Source of the DNA: a virus
Lineage: Duplodnaviria; Caudoviricetes
Reading direction: 5' to 3' (one strand)
Virus record (IMG/VR): IMGVR_UViG_3300037991_003040
Span: 1 to 24,857 of that record
DNA: 24,857 bases
In this document: piece by piece, positions 1 through 9,800 of the stretch
Layout of the letters: each line of letters starts with the position of its first letter
Position numbering within the stretch: position 1 is the first letter of the stretch
Translations under genes and position numbers: made by a program
Notes under the pieces: model-generated
The model's input: only the letters and a program-made list of their open reading frames with translations
Told to the model about the DNA's origin: nothing
The model's database searches: none

Positions 1-1289
1 TAGCTAAAAATATGTCAAGACCTATGGCTGATACTACAAAGGTTAAAATGAACTACGCTATATGTGCTCCACGTATGTATAAAGGTAGAATTGAATCTCT
101 TGTAGGTAAATGTACTGGTTTTGCTGATATGATTCAGTTAACACATTTAAAATTACAACAAGTAATATCTCGTATGGTACCAGATGGTGTTTACTTAGAC
201 ATGGATGGTCTTGCTGAAGTTGATTTAGGTAATGGTACTAATTACAATCCAGCTGAAGCTTTAAACATGTATTTCCAAACTGGTAGTATTGTAGGTAGAT
301 CATTGACACAAGAAGGTGATATGAACGCTGGTAAAGTTCCAATACAAGAACTTCAATCAGGTAGTGGTAATGCTAAAATAGCTAGTTTAATTCAAACATA
401 TCAATATTACTTACAAATGATAAGAGATGTGACCGGATTAAATGAGGCTAGAGATGGTAGTTTACCTGATCGTAACACCTTAGTAGGATTACAAAAACTA
501 GCTGCTAACGCGTCTAATACAGCTACTAGACATATTGTACAGTCTAGTTTGTTTTTAACGCTTAAATTAGCAGAAAATGTAAGTTTAAAAATTGCAGATG
601 CTTTAGAGTTTCCATTAACAAAATCATCTTTGCAAAATTCTATTTCTACATTTAATATTAAAACATTGTCAGAGGTTGTAAATTTAAATCTACATGATTT
701 TGGTATATTTTTAGAATTAGAACCAGATGAAGAAGAACAAGCTCAATTAGAGCAAAATATACAAGTTGCTTTACAAGCTGGTGGTATAGACTTAGAAGAT
801 GCTATAGATTTAAGACAAATTAAAAACTTAAAGTTAGCTAATCAAATGCTTAAAGTAAAACGTAGGCAAAAAGCAAAACAAGATCAAGCTAACCAACAAG
901 CAAACATACAAGCACAAGCTCAAGCTCAAGCAGAGACAGCAGAAAAAACAGCTATGGCAGAAGTACAAAAACAACAAGCTATATCTGGTGCTAATGTTGA
1001 ATATGAAAAAGCTAAGAGTCAATTTGAAATAGAGCGTATGCAAATACAAGCTCAACTTAAAAAACAAGAAATGCAAATGCAACATCAATTTGATATGCAA
1101 TTAAAGCAAGTTGAAGTTCAAGGTATTTCAAAGAAAGAAAAAATGATTGAGGATCGTAAAGACAAGAGAAGTAAAATGGAAGCTACTCAAGCGAGTGAAC
1201 TAATATCACAACGTAAAAATGATTCTCCACCAATAAACTTTGAAGAACCTGCTATGCAAGAAGGTATGCAACCTCCTATGCCTATGTAG
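1..1289 (+). CDS. Portal protein, C-terminal part (5'-truncated by the window edge)
   Basis: The frame is open from base 3 (GCT AAA AAT ATG), so ATG12 is probably internal. Motifs IRDVTGLNEARDG and LVGLQKLAA..SNTAT plus a long Q/K/E-rich C-terminal coiled coil fit crAss-like portals. Lies directly upstream of the scaffold and MCP genes. Confidence 0.82.
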   Translation, partial: AKNMSRPMADTTKVKMNYAICAPRMYKGRIESLVGKCTGFADMIQLTHLKLQQVISRMVPDGVYLDMDGLAEVDLGNGTNYNPAEALNMYFQTGSIVGRSLTQEGDMNAGKVPIQELQSGSGNAKIASLIQTYQYYLQMIRDVTGLNEARDGSLPDRNTLVGLQKLAANASNTATRHIVQSSLFLTLKLAENVSLKIADALEFPLTKSSLQNSISTFNIKTLSEVVNLNLHDFGIFLELEPDEEEQAQLEQNIQVALQAGGIDLEDAIDLRQIKNLKLANQMLKVKRRQKAKQDQANQQANIQAQAQAQAETAEKTAMAEVQKQQAISGANVEYEKAKSQFEIERMQIQAQLKKQEMQMQHQFDMQLKQVEVQGISKKEKMIEDRKDKRSKMEATQASELISQRKNDSPPINFEEPAMQEGMQPPMPM

Positions 1290-1317
1290 GTAATTATTAA
1301 TTTTATATTATTATATT

Positions 1318-2532
1318 ATGTCAGAAATTAAAACAAATGAACCTGTTAAACAGGAAGGTGAATTTACTTTAAAAGGTAAAACAAAACCTAAAAAACCAAA
1401 ACAACTTGGTAATAAGGAGCAAGAAATACAAAAGGTTAATTTAAAAGAACCTTTAGTAGAAGTTGAGCCTAATATTAAAAAAGTTGAAATAAAAAAAGAA
1501 AAAGAAGACGATGCCATTCAAATCGGAGAAACAAAGGAGGTATCTGTGGAAAAACCATCCGGAGATAGCGCAGAGGTGGGAGAACCTGTACAAGAGTCCA
1601 ACGAGACTACTGAAGGGTTTTCTCCGATCAAAGAAGTAACTGAAGAAGAAGTAAAACAAGTTAAAGCAGAAATAAAAGAAGCTGTAAGAGACGAAAAAGT
1701 TTTAGGTAAACAATTACCTGAAAATGTAGAAAAACTTGTTAACTTTATGGAAGAAACCGGTGGAACTGTAGAAGATTATGTTAGATTAAACGCTGACTAC
1801 AGTAATGTTGATGAAACAGCATTGTTAAAAGAATATTACAAAAAAAATAAACCTCATTTAGATTCAGAAGATGTAGATCTTATATTAGAAGATTATACAT
1901 GGGACGAAGACTTACATGAGGAAAGAGAAATACGCAAAAGAAAACTTGCGTTTAAAGAAGAAGTTGCAAAAGCCAAAAACTATTTGGAGGACTTGAAACA
2001 AAAGTATTACGACGAGATCAAGTTGAGACCGGGTGTTACTCAAGAACAACAAAAAGCAATGGACTTTTTCAACCGCTACAACAAGGAGCAAGAAAGAGCT
2101 GAACAATTACACGATACTTTTAAACGTGAAACTAAAAAACTTTTCAATGAAGATTTCAAAGGTTTTGATATTAAAGTTGGGGATAAACGATATAAGTATA
2201 ACGTGCAGAATCGTGATAAAATTGCAGAAAATCAATCAAACATTAATAATCTGATAGGGAAGTTCCTAGACGCAGATGGTAATGTTGCGGATACCGCTGG
2301 TTATCATAAAGCTATGTATGCTGCTGAAAACGTAGATAAAATCGCTGCTCATTTTTATGAACAAGGAAAAGCCGACGCTGTTAAAGAAGTAGTAAACAAC
2401 TCTAAAAATCTTTCTGATATTAAAGCAAGGGAAGGAAATAAAGGAGATGTTTTTGTTGGTGGATTCAAAGTAAGAGCAATTAGTGGCGCGGATTCTACAA
2501 AATTGAAAATTAAAACAAGAAAATTTAACTAA
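1318..2532 (+). CDS. Putative capsid scaffolding/assembly protein (404 aa)
   Basis: E/K-rich low-complexity N-terminal third followed by helical segments (LVNFMEETGGTVEDYVRLN, IAAHFYEQGKADAVKE). Position between portal and MCP. Function inferred from synteny and composition. Confidence 0.65.
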   Translation: MSEIKTNEPVKQEGEFTLKGKTKPKKPKQLGNKEQEIQKVNLKEPLVEVEPNIKKVEIKKEKEDDAIQIGETKEVSVEKPSGDSAEVGEPVQESNETTEGFSPIKEVTEEEVKQVKAEIKEAVRDEKVLGKQLPENVEKLVNFMEETGGTVEDYVRLNADYSNVDETALLKEYYKKNKPHLDSEDVDLILEDYTWDEDLHEEREIRKRKLAFKEEVAKAKNYLEDLKQKYYDEIKLRPGVTQEQQKAMDFFNRYNKEQERAEQLHDTFKRETKKLFNEDFKGFDIKVGDKRYKYNVQNRDKIAENQSNINNLIGKFLDADGNVADTAGYHKAMYAAENVDKIAAHFYEQGKADAVKEVVNNSKNLSDIKAREGNKGDVFVGGFKVRAISGADSTKLKIKTRKFN

Positions 2533-2548
2533 TTAAAAATTACAAATT

Positions 2549-4000
2549 ATGAGTTTAACCCCACAATTTGGGTCAATCATACCATCACAAAAACAAGAGT
2601 TGTTAAATAGCAACTACTTAAAATTTAATGATGGAAACAATGATTTTGCCCAGCAATATTTACCAGAGGTCTACGAACAAGAAGTAGAGCGTTATGGAAA
2701 CAGAACGTTATCTGGTTTTTTAAGAATGGTTGGCGCTGAAATGCCAATGACTTCTGATCAGGTAATTTGGTCAGAGCAAAATAGATTACATATAGCATAT
2801 GATAACTGTACTTACGCAGGTGGTGCTCCTAAAAGACTGGTAATACCAGTTGGTGGTGCTGGAAACACTTTAGTAGAAAATGTTATCTCTATTAATGACA
2901 CTGTTGTTATTATGGATACAGTTTCTGGTCAAGAAGGTAAAGCTATTGTAACAGATAGAGCTGCAGGTTATGTAGACATTCAATTCTTTGCTAATCAAGC
3001 TTCAACACTTGCAAACTTTAATACAACTGGATTTACATCTGGAAATATTAAGGTATTTGTTTATGGTTCTGCTTACAGTAAAGGAAGAAATACAGATGGT
3101 ACTGGTGCTGATGCTGCTAGAATTTCTGTTGATCCTTCTTTCACGCAATATGCTAACTCACCAGTTATTATTAGAAACCAATACGTAGTAAATGGTTCTG
3201 ATATGGCACAGATCGGTTGGGTTGAAGTTGCTACTGAAGATGGTGCTTCTGGATACCTATGGTATTTAAAAGCTGAATCTGAAACTAGATTAAGATTTGA
3301 AGATTACCTAGAAATGGCAATGGTAGAAGGTGAATTAAATACTTCTGCTGCTGGTCTAGCTGATTATCAAGCTGGTGTTTTACCAAGTACAGAAGGTTTA
3401 TTTGCTGCTATCGAAGGTAGAGGTAATGTACAGGTAGGATTTACTGCTGCTGCAGGTCTTGATGATTTTGATGCTATTCTTAAAAACCTAGATACTCAGG
3501 GTGCTATTGAAGAAAACATGCTTTTCTTACAAAGACAAACTGCTTTAGATTTTGATGATATGTTAGCTAGTATTTCTGGTGGTTTCGCTGGTGGTACTGC
3601 TTTCGGTTTATTTGAAAATTCTGAAGAAATGGCACTTAACTTAGGTTTCTCTGGATTCAGAAGAGGTTCTTATGACTTTTACAAAACTGATTGGAAATAT
3701 TTAAATGACGCTTCTACAAGAGGTGCTATTGATGGTATCAGTTCAATCGAAGGTGTATTAGTACCAGCTGGAACTTCTACTGTTTACGATCAAATCTTAG
3801 GTACTAACATTAGAAGACCTTTCTTACATGTAAGATATAGAGCTTCTCAAGCTGATGATAGAAGAATGAAGTCTTGGATTACTGGTTCTGCTGGTGGTGC
3901 ATTTACTTCAACACTTGATGCAATGCAAGTTAACTTCTTATCTGAAAGATGTTTAGTTACTCAAGCTGCAAACAACTTTGTATTATTCAAAGGAGTGTAA
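2549..4000 (+). CDS. Major capsid protein (483 aa, presumed HK97 fold, crAss-like type)
   Basis: Size, position after the scaffold gene, codon usage typical of high expression (GCT/GGT/TTC/AAC) and a strong downstream hairpin. Motifs QYLPEVYEQEVERYG, WYLKAESETRLRFEDYLE, LNLGFSGFRRGSYDF and FLSERCL fit Bacteroidota podovirus MCPs. Confidence 0.87.
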   Translation: MSLTPQFGSIIPSQKQELLNSNYLKFNDGNNDFAQQYLPEVYEQEVERYGNRTLSGFLRMVGAEMPMTSDQVIWSEQNRLHIAYDNCTYAGGAPKRLVIPVGGAGNTLVENVISINDTVVIMDTVSGQEGKAIVTDRAAGYVDIQFFANQASTLANFNTTGFTSGNIKVFVYGSAYSKGRNTDGTGADAARISVDPSFTQYANSPVIIRNQYVVNGSDMAQIGWVEVATEDGASGYLWYLKAESETRLRFEDYLEMAMVEGELNTSAAGLADYQAGVLPSTEGLFAAIEGRGNVQVGFTAAAGLDDFDAILKNLDTQGAIEENMLFLQRQTALDFDDMLASISGGFAGGTAFGLFENSEEMALNLGFSGFRRGSYDFYKTDWKYLNDASTRGAIDGISSIEGVLVPAGTSTVYDQILGTNIRRPFLHVRYRASQADDRRMKSWITGSAGGAFTSTLDAMQVNFLSERCLVTQAANNFVLFKGV

Positions 4001-4008
4001 TTATTTAT

Positions 4009-4043
4009 AAAGGTAAGGGCGCTTCGGCGCCCATATACCTTTT
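4009..4043 (+). terminator. Stem-loop after MCP: probable intrinsic terminator, alternatively a 5'-stabilising hairpin
   Basis: GGGCGC-TTCG-GCGCCC (4017-4032) has the extra-stable cUUCGg loop. It is extended by AAAGGTA/TACCTTT (4009-4015/4036-4042) and followed by T-rich sequence. It is GC-rich within an AT-rich spacer. Confidence 0.75.
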
Positions 4044-4065
4044 AACTATTTAATTTTATTATATC

Positions 4066-4830
4066 ATGACAAAAAAAGAAAAAGTGGCAGAGCCACAATG
4101 GGAGGTAAAAGATAGAGTATATCTTCTTACAGGTGATAAAACGCCTTTAACATTAACAATACCTTCAAAACATACAAATAAACATTCATTATTATATTTT
4201 GATTCTGAAAAACAAAGACAAAGAGAATTAAGATATGCTACTAATATGAGTTCGCCATTTGTAGATGAACAAAATGGAGAAGCAACATTAGGACATATAA
4301 TGTTTAGAGACGGTAAATTAACAGTTCCTGCAAAACAAATTGCATTACAAAAACTGTTATCATTATACCACCCTTTAAAAAATAAAATGTACTATGAATT
4401 TAGTGCTGCTGAAGTAGCAAAAGATGAATTAGTAGATTTAGAAATGGAAATCGATGCTTTAAATGCTGCTAGAACAATAGATATTGATCAAGCTGAAGCA
4501 ATAATGAGAGTAGAAATTGGATCTCAAGTAAATGAAATGACGTCTAAAGAGTTAAAAAGAGACTTATTAGTATTTGCTAAAAACAATCCAGTTTTATTTA
4601 TGCAATTAGCTACTGATGAAAATGTTCAGCTTAGAAATTTTGCAATTAGAGCTCAAGAAAATGGAATTATTAAACTATCTCAAGATCAAAGAACTTTTTT
4701 CTGGGGATCAACTGATAGAAAATTAATGAATGTTCCATTTGATGAAAACCCATATTCTGCATTTGCGGCTTTCTTAAAAACAGACGAAGGTGTAGAAATC
4801 TATAAATCTATAGATAAAAAACTTAAATAA
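4066..4830 (+). CDS. Conserved post-MCP protein of crAss-like phages, function unknown (254 aa)
   Basis: Clean ORF with A-rich leader (motifs RELRYATN..SPFVDEQ and FLKTDEG). Its position immediately after the MCP matches the conserved uncharacterised gene of the crAss-like capsid module. Confidence 0.6.
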   Translation: MTKKEKVAEPQWEVKDRVYLLTGDKTPLTLTIPSKHTNKHSLLYFDSEKQRQRELRYATNMSSPFVDEQNGEATLGHIMFRDGKLTVPAKQIALQKLLSLYHPLKNKMYYEFSAAEVAKDELVDLEMEIDALNAARTIDIDQAEAIMRVEIGSQVNEMTSKELKRDLLVFAKNNPVLFMQLATDENVQLRNFAIRAQENGIIKLSQDQRTFFWGSTDRKLMNVPFDENPYSAFAAFLKTDEGVEIYKSIDKKLK

Positions 4831-4831
4831 C

Positions 4832-4847
4832 AAGTGATAATAATATA
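4832..4847 (+). promoter_or_regulatory. AAGTGATAATAATATA, copy 1 (candidate phage promoter/operator)
   Basis: Identical 16-mer at 11419-11434. Both copies are intergenic and directly upstream of tail genes. Confidence 0.5.
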
Positions 4848-4875
4848 GAGGTGGCAATAGCTGCCTCTATGTTAT
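4840..4875 (+). other. 16-bp RNA hairpin with 3 G-U pairs and an AAUA loop, no U-tract
   Basis: ATAATATAGAGGTGGC-AATA-GCTGCCTCTATGTTAT. The G-U pairs form only on the + strand RNA. It is followed by an A-run and the ATG at 4891. Confidence 0.6.
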
Positions 4876-4890
4876 AATAAAAAAAATATA

Positions 4891-5640
4891 ATGGCAGTAA
4901 ACGTAAATACAGTATATACTACAGTCTTGTACATATTGAACAAAGAACAAAGAGGTTATTTAACACCAACCGAGTTTAACAGTTTAGCTGCTCAAGTGCA
5001 AGAAGAAATATTTAATTCTTACTTTCCCGACGGCAATCAAGTAAATCGTCAAAATCAACAGAACACACAAAACGATACAGAGTTCTTCAACGTGTTCAAA
5101 GACATTTCATATAAGCTTTATCCTTTTGAAAAGAGTGTTCCTTTTACTTATAATAATGGTGCAGCAGTACTTGGTTGGGAATATCAAGGTACTGGAACTA
5201 TATATAAACTAGGTGAAATAATTGCAACATACACTGGTCAACCTCAATATGATTCTATAGTAGAATTAGCGAGTAAAAGTGATTATGAAAAAATAACAAG
5301 ATCTAATTTAACAAGTCCTGGTAAACAATATCCTTTGTGTTTTACTCAAAAAGGAGGAACTGGAGGATCTGTATTAATAAAAGTTTCACCTCAACCTAAT
5401 AGTTTAAATATAAACTGTTTATTTAAACCAACAGAACCATCATGGGGTTTTACAACAGGTAATGTAGGTCAATATGTTTATAGCGCGGGAAGTTCTACTA
5501 ATTTTGAATTAGATATATCTGAACAAACAAATTTAATAACTGGTATATTAAAATATGCTGGTATAATTATAAATGATCCAACAATAATACAAACTGCTAC
5601 TCAAGAAGCAATGAAGGTTGAACAAAACGAAAAATCATAA
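4891..5640 (+). CDS. Tail ring / tail tubular (head-tail adaptor) protein (249 aa)
   Basis: N-terminal VYTTVLYILNKEQRGYLTPTEFN..A..VQ helix motif and C-terminal FEL..SEQ..LI..IL.YAG fit crAss-like ring/tubular (P22 gp4-like) proteins. The stop overlaps the next start (TAATG at 5638-5642). Confidence 0.7.
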   Translation: MAVNVNTVYTTVLYILNKEQRGYLTPTEFNSLAAQVQEEIFNSYFPDGNQVNRQNQQNTQNDTEFFNVFKDISYKLYPFEKSVPFTYNNGAAVLGWEYQGTGTIYKLGEIIATYTGQPQYDSIVELASKSDYEKITRSNLTSPGKQYPLCFTQKGGTGGSVLIKVSPQPNSLNINCLFKPTEPSWGFTTGNVGQYVYSAGSSTNFELDISEQTNLITGILKYAGIIINDPTIIQTATQEAMKVEQNEKS

Positions 5641-6872
5641 TGGCATCAGTAACTGAAACAAATCAACAATATTACGCTGGGGTACAACCTTTCAGAGGCG
5701 ACGCAGGAAATACTGCTGGGCAAAAACTTACTACTACGTTTAATACAGATTTAGTTTTTGGTAGTCATGATCCTAATCAAGCTGATTACGCTAAAAACAA
5801 TTTTAAATTATACACTAGTGCTCAAGGAACACCTGGAACATGGAGTGAATATACCGCCGCGTATACAGTTGCTAACAATATAATTACTATAACTGGAAAT
5901 CCAGGAGCTAATATATACATAGTTGTACAATTAAAATCTTTAGATGGAGGTAAATATGGTAATACTAATCCAGAAAAAGCTTTTGGTGATGCTGTAGAAG
6001 AAAATTATGGTAGTTATGCTTATATAAAGCTAGGAGATATAATTGATAATTTTATGGTTGGTTATGTTGGTGATGGAAAAGTAATTCAAAAATGTAAAAA
6101 ATCTGATGTTGTATTTTTTGCTAAAAGAAGCTTGCAAGAGTTTAGTTATGACACATTAAAAAGTATTAAATCTCAAGAATTAACAATACCTGATAGTCTT
6201 TCATTAATAATACCTCAAGATTATGTAAACTATGTTAGTTTTGATTGGATAGATGAACTAGGTGTAAAACATCCTATTTTTCCTGCGAACAACCTAACAA
6301 CAGATCCTTATCAAAAATTATTACAAGATGAAGATGGAGTACCTACTCAGGATAATTTTGGTGAAAATTTAGAAGGAACATCTTTAACTGTTGAAAGATG
6401 GGGACAAGCTAATGATAAATTATTAAATGGACAATGGTATAGAGATTATGATTATTATGGTTTTGCTAATCCAGATTTATATAGTTTAAATGGACCTTGG
6501 AATTGGGGTAGATTATACGGTATAGATCCTACTTTATCTCAAGTAAATGGTTGGTTTGGTATAAATGAAAGAGATGGTATGTTTACTTTTTCTAGTAATT
6601 TAAGAGATAAATTAATAGTTATAGAATATGTTTCTGATGGTTTAGCTTATGATTTAGATAGCAGAGTTCCTAAACTAGCTGAAGATGCTTTATATAAAAG
6701 TATACTTTATAACATAGTATCGACAAGAGCTGGTCAACAAGAGCATATTGTACAAAGATATAAAAAAGATAGATACGCGGCTTTACGTAATGCAAAAATA
6801 AGATTATCAAATATTAAACTTGATGAATTTATTCAAGTTATGAGAGGTAAGTCTAAATGGATTAAACACTAA
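5640..6872 (+). CDS. Second tail ring/structural protein (410 aa)
   Basis: Coupled to the previous gene. Motifs DIIDNFMVGYVG, AKRSLQEFSYD, IPQDYVNYV, IEYVSDGL, VPKLAEDALY and RNAKIRLS fit a ring protein, with an extra N-terminal beta-rich segment. Confidence 0.65.
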   Translation: MASVTETNQQYYAGVQPFRGDAGNTAGQKLTTTFNTDLVFGSHDPNQADYAKNNFKLYTSAQGTPGTWSEYTAAYTVANNIITITGNPGANIYIVVQLKSLDGGKYGNTNPEKAFGDAVEENYGSYAYIKLGDIIDNFMVGYVGDGKVIQKCKKSDVVFFAKRSLQEFSYDTLKSIKSQELTIPDSLSLIIPQDYVNYVSFDWIDELGVKHPIFPANNLTTDPYQKLLQDEDGVPTQDNFGENLEGTSLTVERWGQANDKLLNGQWYRDYDYYGFANPDLYSLNGPWNWGRLYGIDPTLSQVNGWFGINERDGMFTFSSNLRDKLIVIEYVSDGLAYDLDSRVPKLAEDALYKSILYNIVSTRAGQQEHIVQRYKKDRYAALRNAKIRLSNIKLDEFIQVMRGKSKWIKH

Positions 6873-6878
6873 AATTTA

Positions 6879-9800
6879 ATGGCAAAAATTAGCAATAATT
6901 TTATCAAGGGTAGAATGAATAAAGATCTTGATGATCGATTAATACCCGTTGGTGAATATAGAAACGCAATGAATGCTCAGGTTAGTAAATCTGAAGGTCA
7001 AAATGTAGGTGCTTTAGAAAATGTTTTAGGTAATACTAAAATAGCGGATTTCAGAACATTAACAAGTACTAATGACTTAAAGTCAATAGGTTATTTTGCT
7101 GATGAAATTAACAATATAGTATACGTTTTTTTAACAAACAATACTGGTGTAACATATGATCCTTCTAAAAAGAATTTTTTATATTCCTACAACACATTAA
7201 CTAGTACTACTACTCAATTATTACAAGGTGCTTTTTTAAATTTTTCTACACAAAACCCAATGATTGGTGTTAACTTGTTAGAAGATTTATTATTTTTTAC
7301 AGACAATAGAAATCAACCTAGAGTTATAAATGTTAATAGCGCTTTTTCAAACGCTCAAGGATTAAAAGATTTTTATACTAATGAAGATCAAATATCAGTT
7401 GCTAAATATTATCCTTATCAACCAATAGAAGTTTATAGAAAAGCTGGTAATTTACCTGTGACATACATAGAAACAGTAACTTTAACTTCATCTACTCAAG
7501 CTTATTCAGCGGGTACAACATTTAATGTTAGTACCGCAAGCGCGGGTAATGCGGCTATAACAGTAGGTATGACAATGTTTTGTAAAAGTGATTGTACTGC
7601 TGCTAATCTTAGTATTCCCCCTGATACTGTAGTTACATCGGTAACAAATACAGCTTTTAATGCTTTTGATATAACAGTAAATAAAGATATTAATTTAACA
7701 GGGAGTAATGGTAAATTTTATTTTACTTCTGTACCAGACGAAGGAGCTTATGAAACAACTATGTATGACGTTACAAGTAAAGCATACCCAAATGGTGGAA
7801 CTGGTAATATAAATGGAACTGTAGGATCTGCTACAAATTCTATAGATTTAATATCTAGTACAATACAAGGTGATATAATACCTCCTTATACAGGTTCGTT
7901 AGGAGCTACTGTTGCTTATATAGATCCTACAACTGGAAAACTAATTAATACTGGTGCTAGAGTTCAAGCTTTTAATTACTCGCAAGGTTCTAGCAGTAAT
8001 CCACCAACATCAAGAGTTACATTAAACCAAAATATAGGTCCCTTTTCAGTAGCAAACACAGAGCTTGTTTTTAATTATAATCATTATTATGATCACGAGT
8101 TTAATGGTGATAAAGATTTTTTAAGAGATAAATTTGTTAGGTTTAGTTATAGATTTAAGTATGAAAACAATGACTATTCTATAATGGCTCCATTTACTCA
8201 ACCATGTTTTATACCTAAAAAAGATGGTTATTTCATGTATAAGGTAAATCAAGTTACTGCTCCACCTTCAGGAGTTGCTAATTATAGAACAAATCCACCA
8301 CCGCTAGATATTCAAGATGAAGAAGATACTTATAGAAGTACTGTCGTTGAGTTTATGGAAAATAAAAATGACAAAATTATATTAAGAATTCCTTCTCCAA
8401 CATCAATATCTGAAGCGCAAATGAAAACTGGTAGTGTTGCGGCAAGTTTAAAAGTTATTGAAGTAGATTTACTTTATAAAGAATCAGATGGTTTATCTGT
8501 TAGTGTTATTGAAACTATACCTGTTTCTCAATTTGGTGCAAGTTATAAATATGCTTTTGTTAATGGTCAAACCACTCAATCTACAAGTGTAACTATAGAC
8601 GGTATAAGTGGCGTAACTGGAAGTAGAATAAAAGTTGGTGATATTGTTAGAGGTAATGGAATAGTTGGTGCTCCTACAGTTGTTAGTACAAACAATGTTA
8701 ATAACGTAGTTCTTTCATCAGCACAATCATTAGCTGATAATACTAAATTAGAATTTGGTGATGAATATTATTTTGATTATCATTATCAATCTCAAAAACC
8801 TTATAAAGTATTACCAGACAATGAAATTACAAGAACTTATGATAAAATACCAGTTAAAGCTTTTGGTCAAGAAATAATAAGCAATAGAGTTGTATATTCT
8901 AATTATCAAGATAAACACACGCCTCCTAATTTCATAAACTATAATGTTGGTGTTAGTGAAAAAACAGAATTTAACGCGGGTACCGGTTCAACAACAACTA
9001 GTGCTTCTGAAGCTTCTGGTCAAACAGTTTTATCTGTTAATACTCCAACAGGTGTTTATAACAATGGAGCTATAGTAACATCCCCTGAACCTGGCATACC
9101 AAATAATACAACTTTAGTAGAATATGATCCAGCTGGTCCAACAATTACAATAAGTAACGCATTAACAGCTACATTACCAAGTGGTAGTGTTATTAATTTT
9201 ACTGCTCCAAATAATGTAAGATATACAACTAGTGATATAGAATATCCTAATAGTTCTTTAAAACAAAACAGAAACTATCAAGTAGGAATAGTATTATCTG
9301 ATAGATATGGTAGAAGCTCTACTGTTATTTTAAATGATGAAGATAATTCAAGATTATTTGAAAACCAAAGATATATAGGTTCAACTGTTTTTTCTGATTA
9401 TTTAGACACAGGTGTAGATCAATTATCTTGGTTTGGAAACTCTTTAAAAGTTTTATTCAACGATCCTATTGCAGGTGGTGGAGCTGGTTTATATAATGGA
9501 GATGCTACAAGTGTTAACTATAATCCATTAGGTTGGCATAGTTTTAAAGTGGTGGTTAAACAAACAGAGCAAGAATATTACAATGTATATTTACCTGGTG
9601 TTATGGCTGCTTACCCAGATGATCCAATAAAAGAATTAGGTAAAACATCTCACTCTGTTTTGATAAACGATAATATAAACAAAGTTCCTAGAGACTTAAC
9701 ATTAGTAGGTCCAGAGCAAAGACAGTTTAGAAGTAGTGTGGTTTTACATGGAAGAGTAGAAAATTTAAAAAATAATGATCCTGCTGAAAACAATAAACAA

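Noticed and set aside
880-935. CAAGCN repeats in the portal gene (QAQAQAQA)
   Set aside because: Explained by the Gln/Ala coiled-coil composition of the portal C-terminus.
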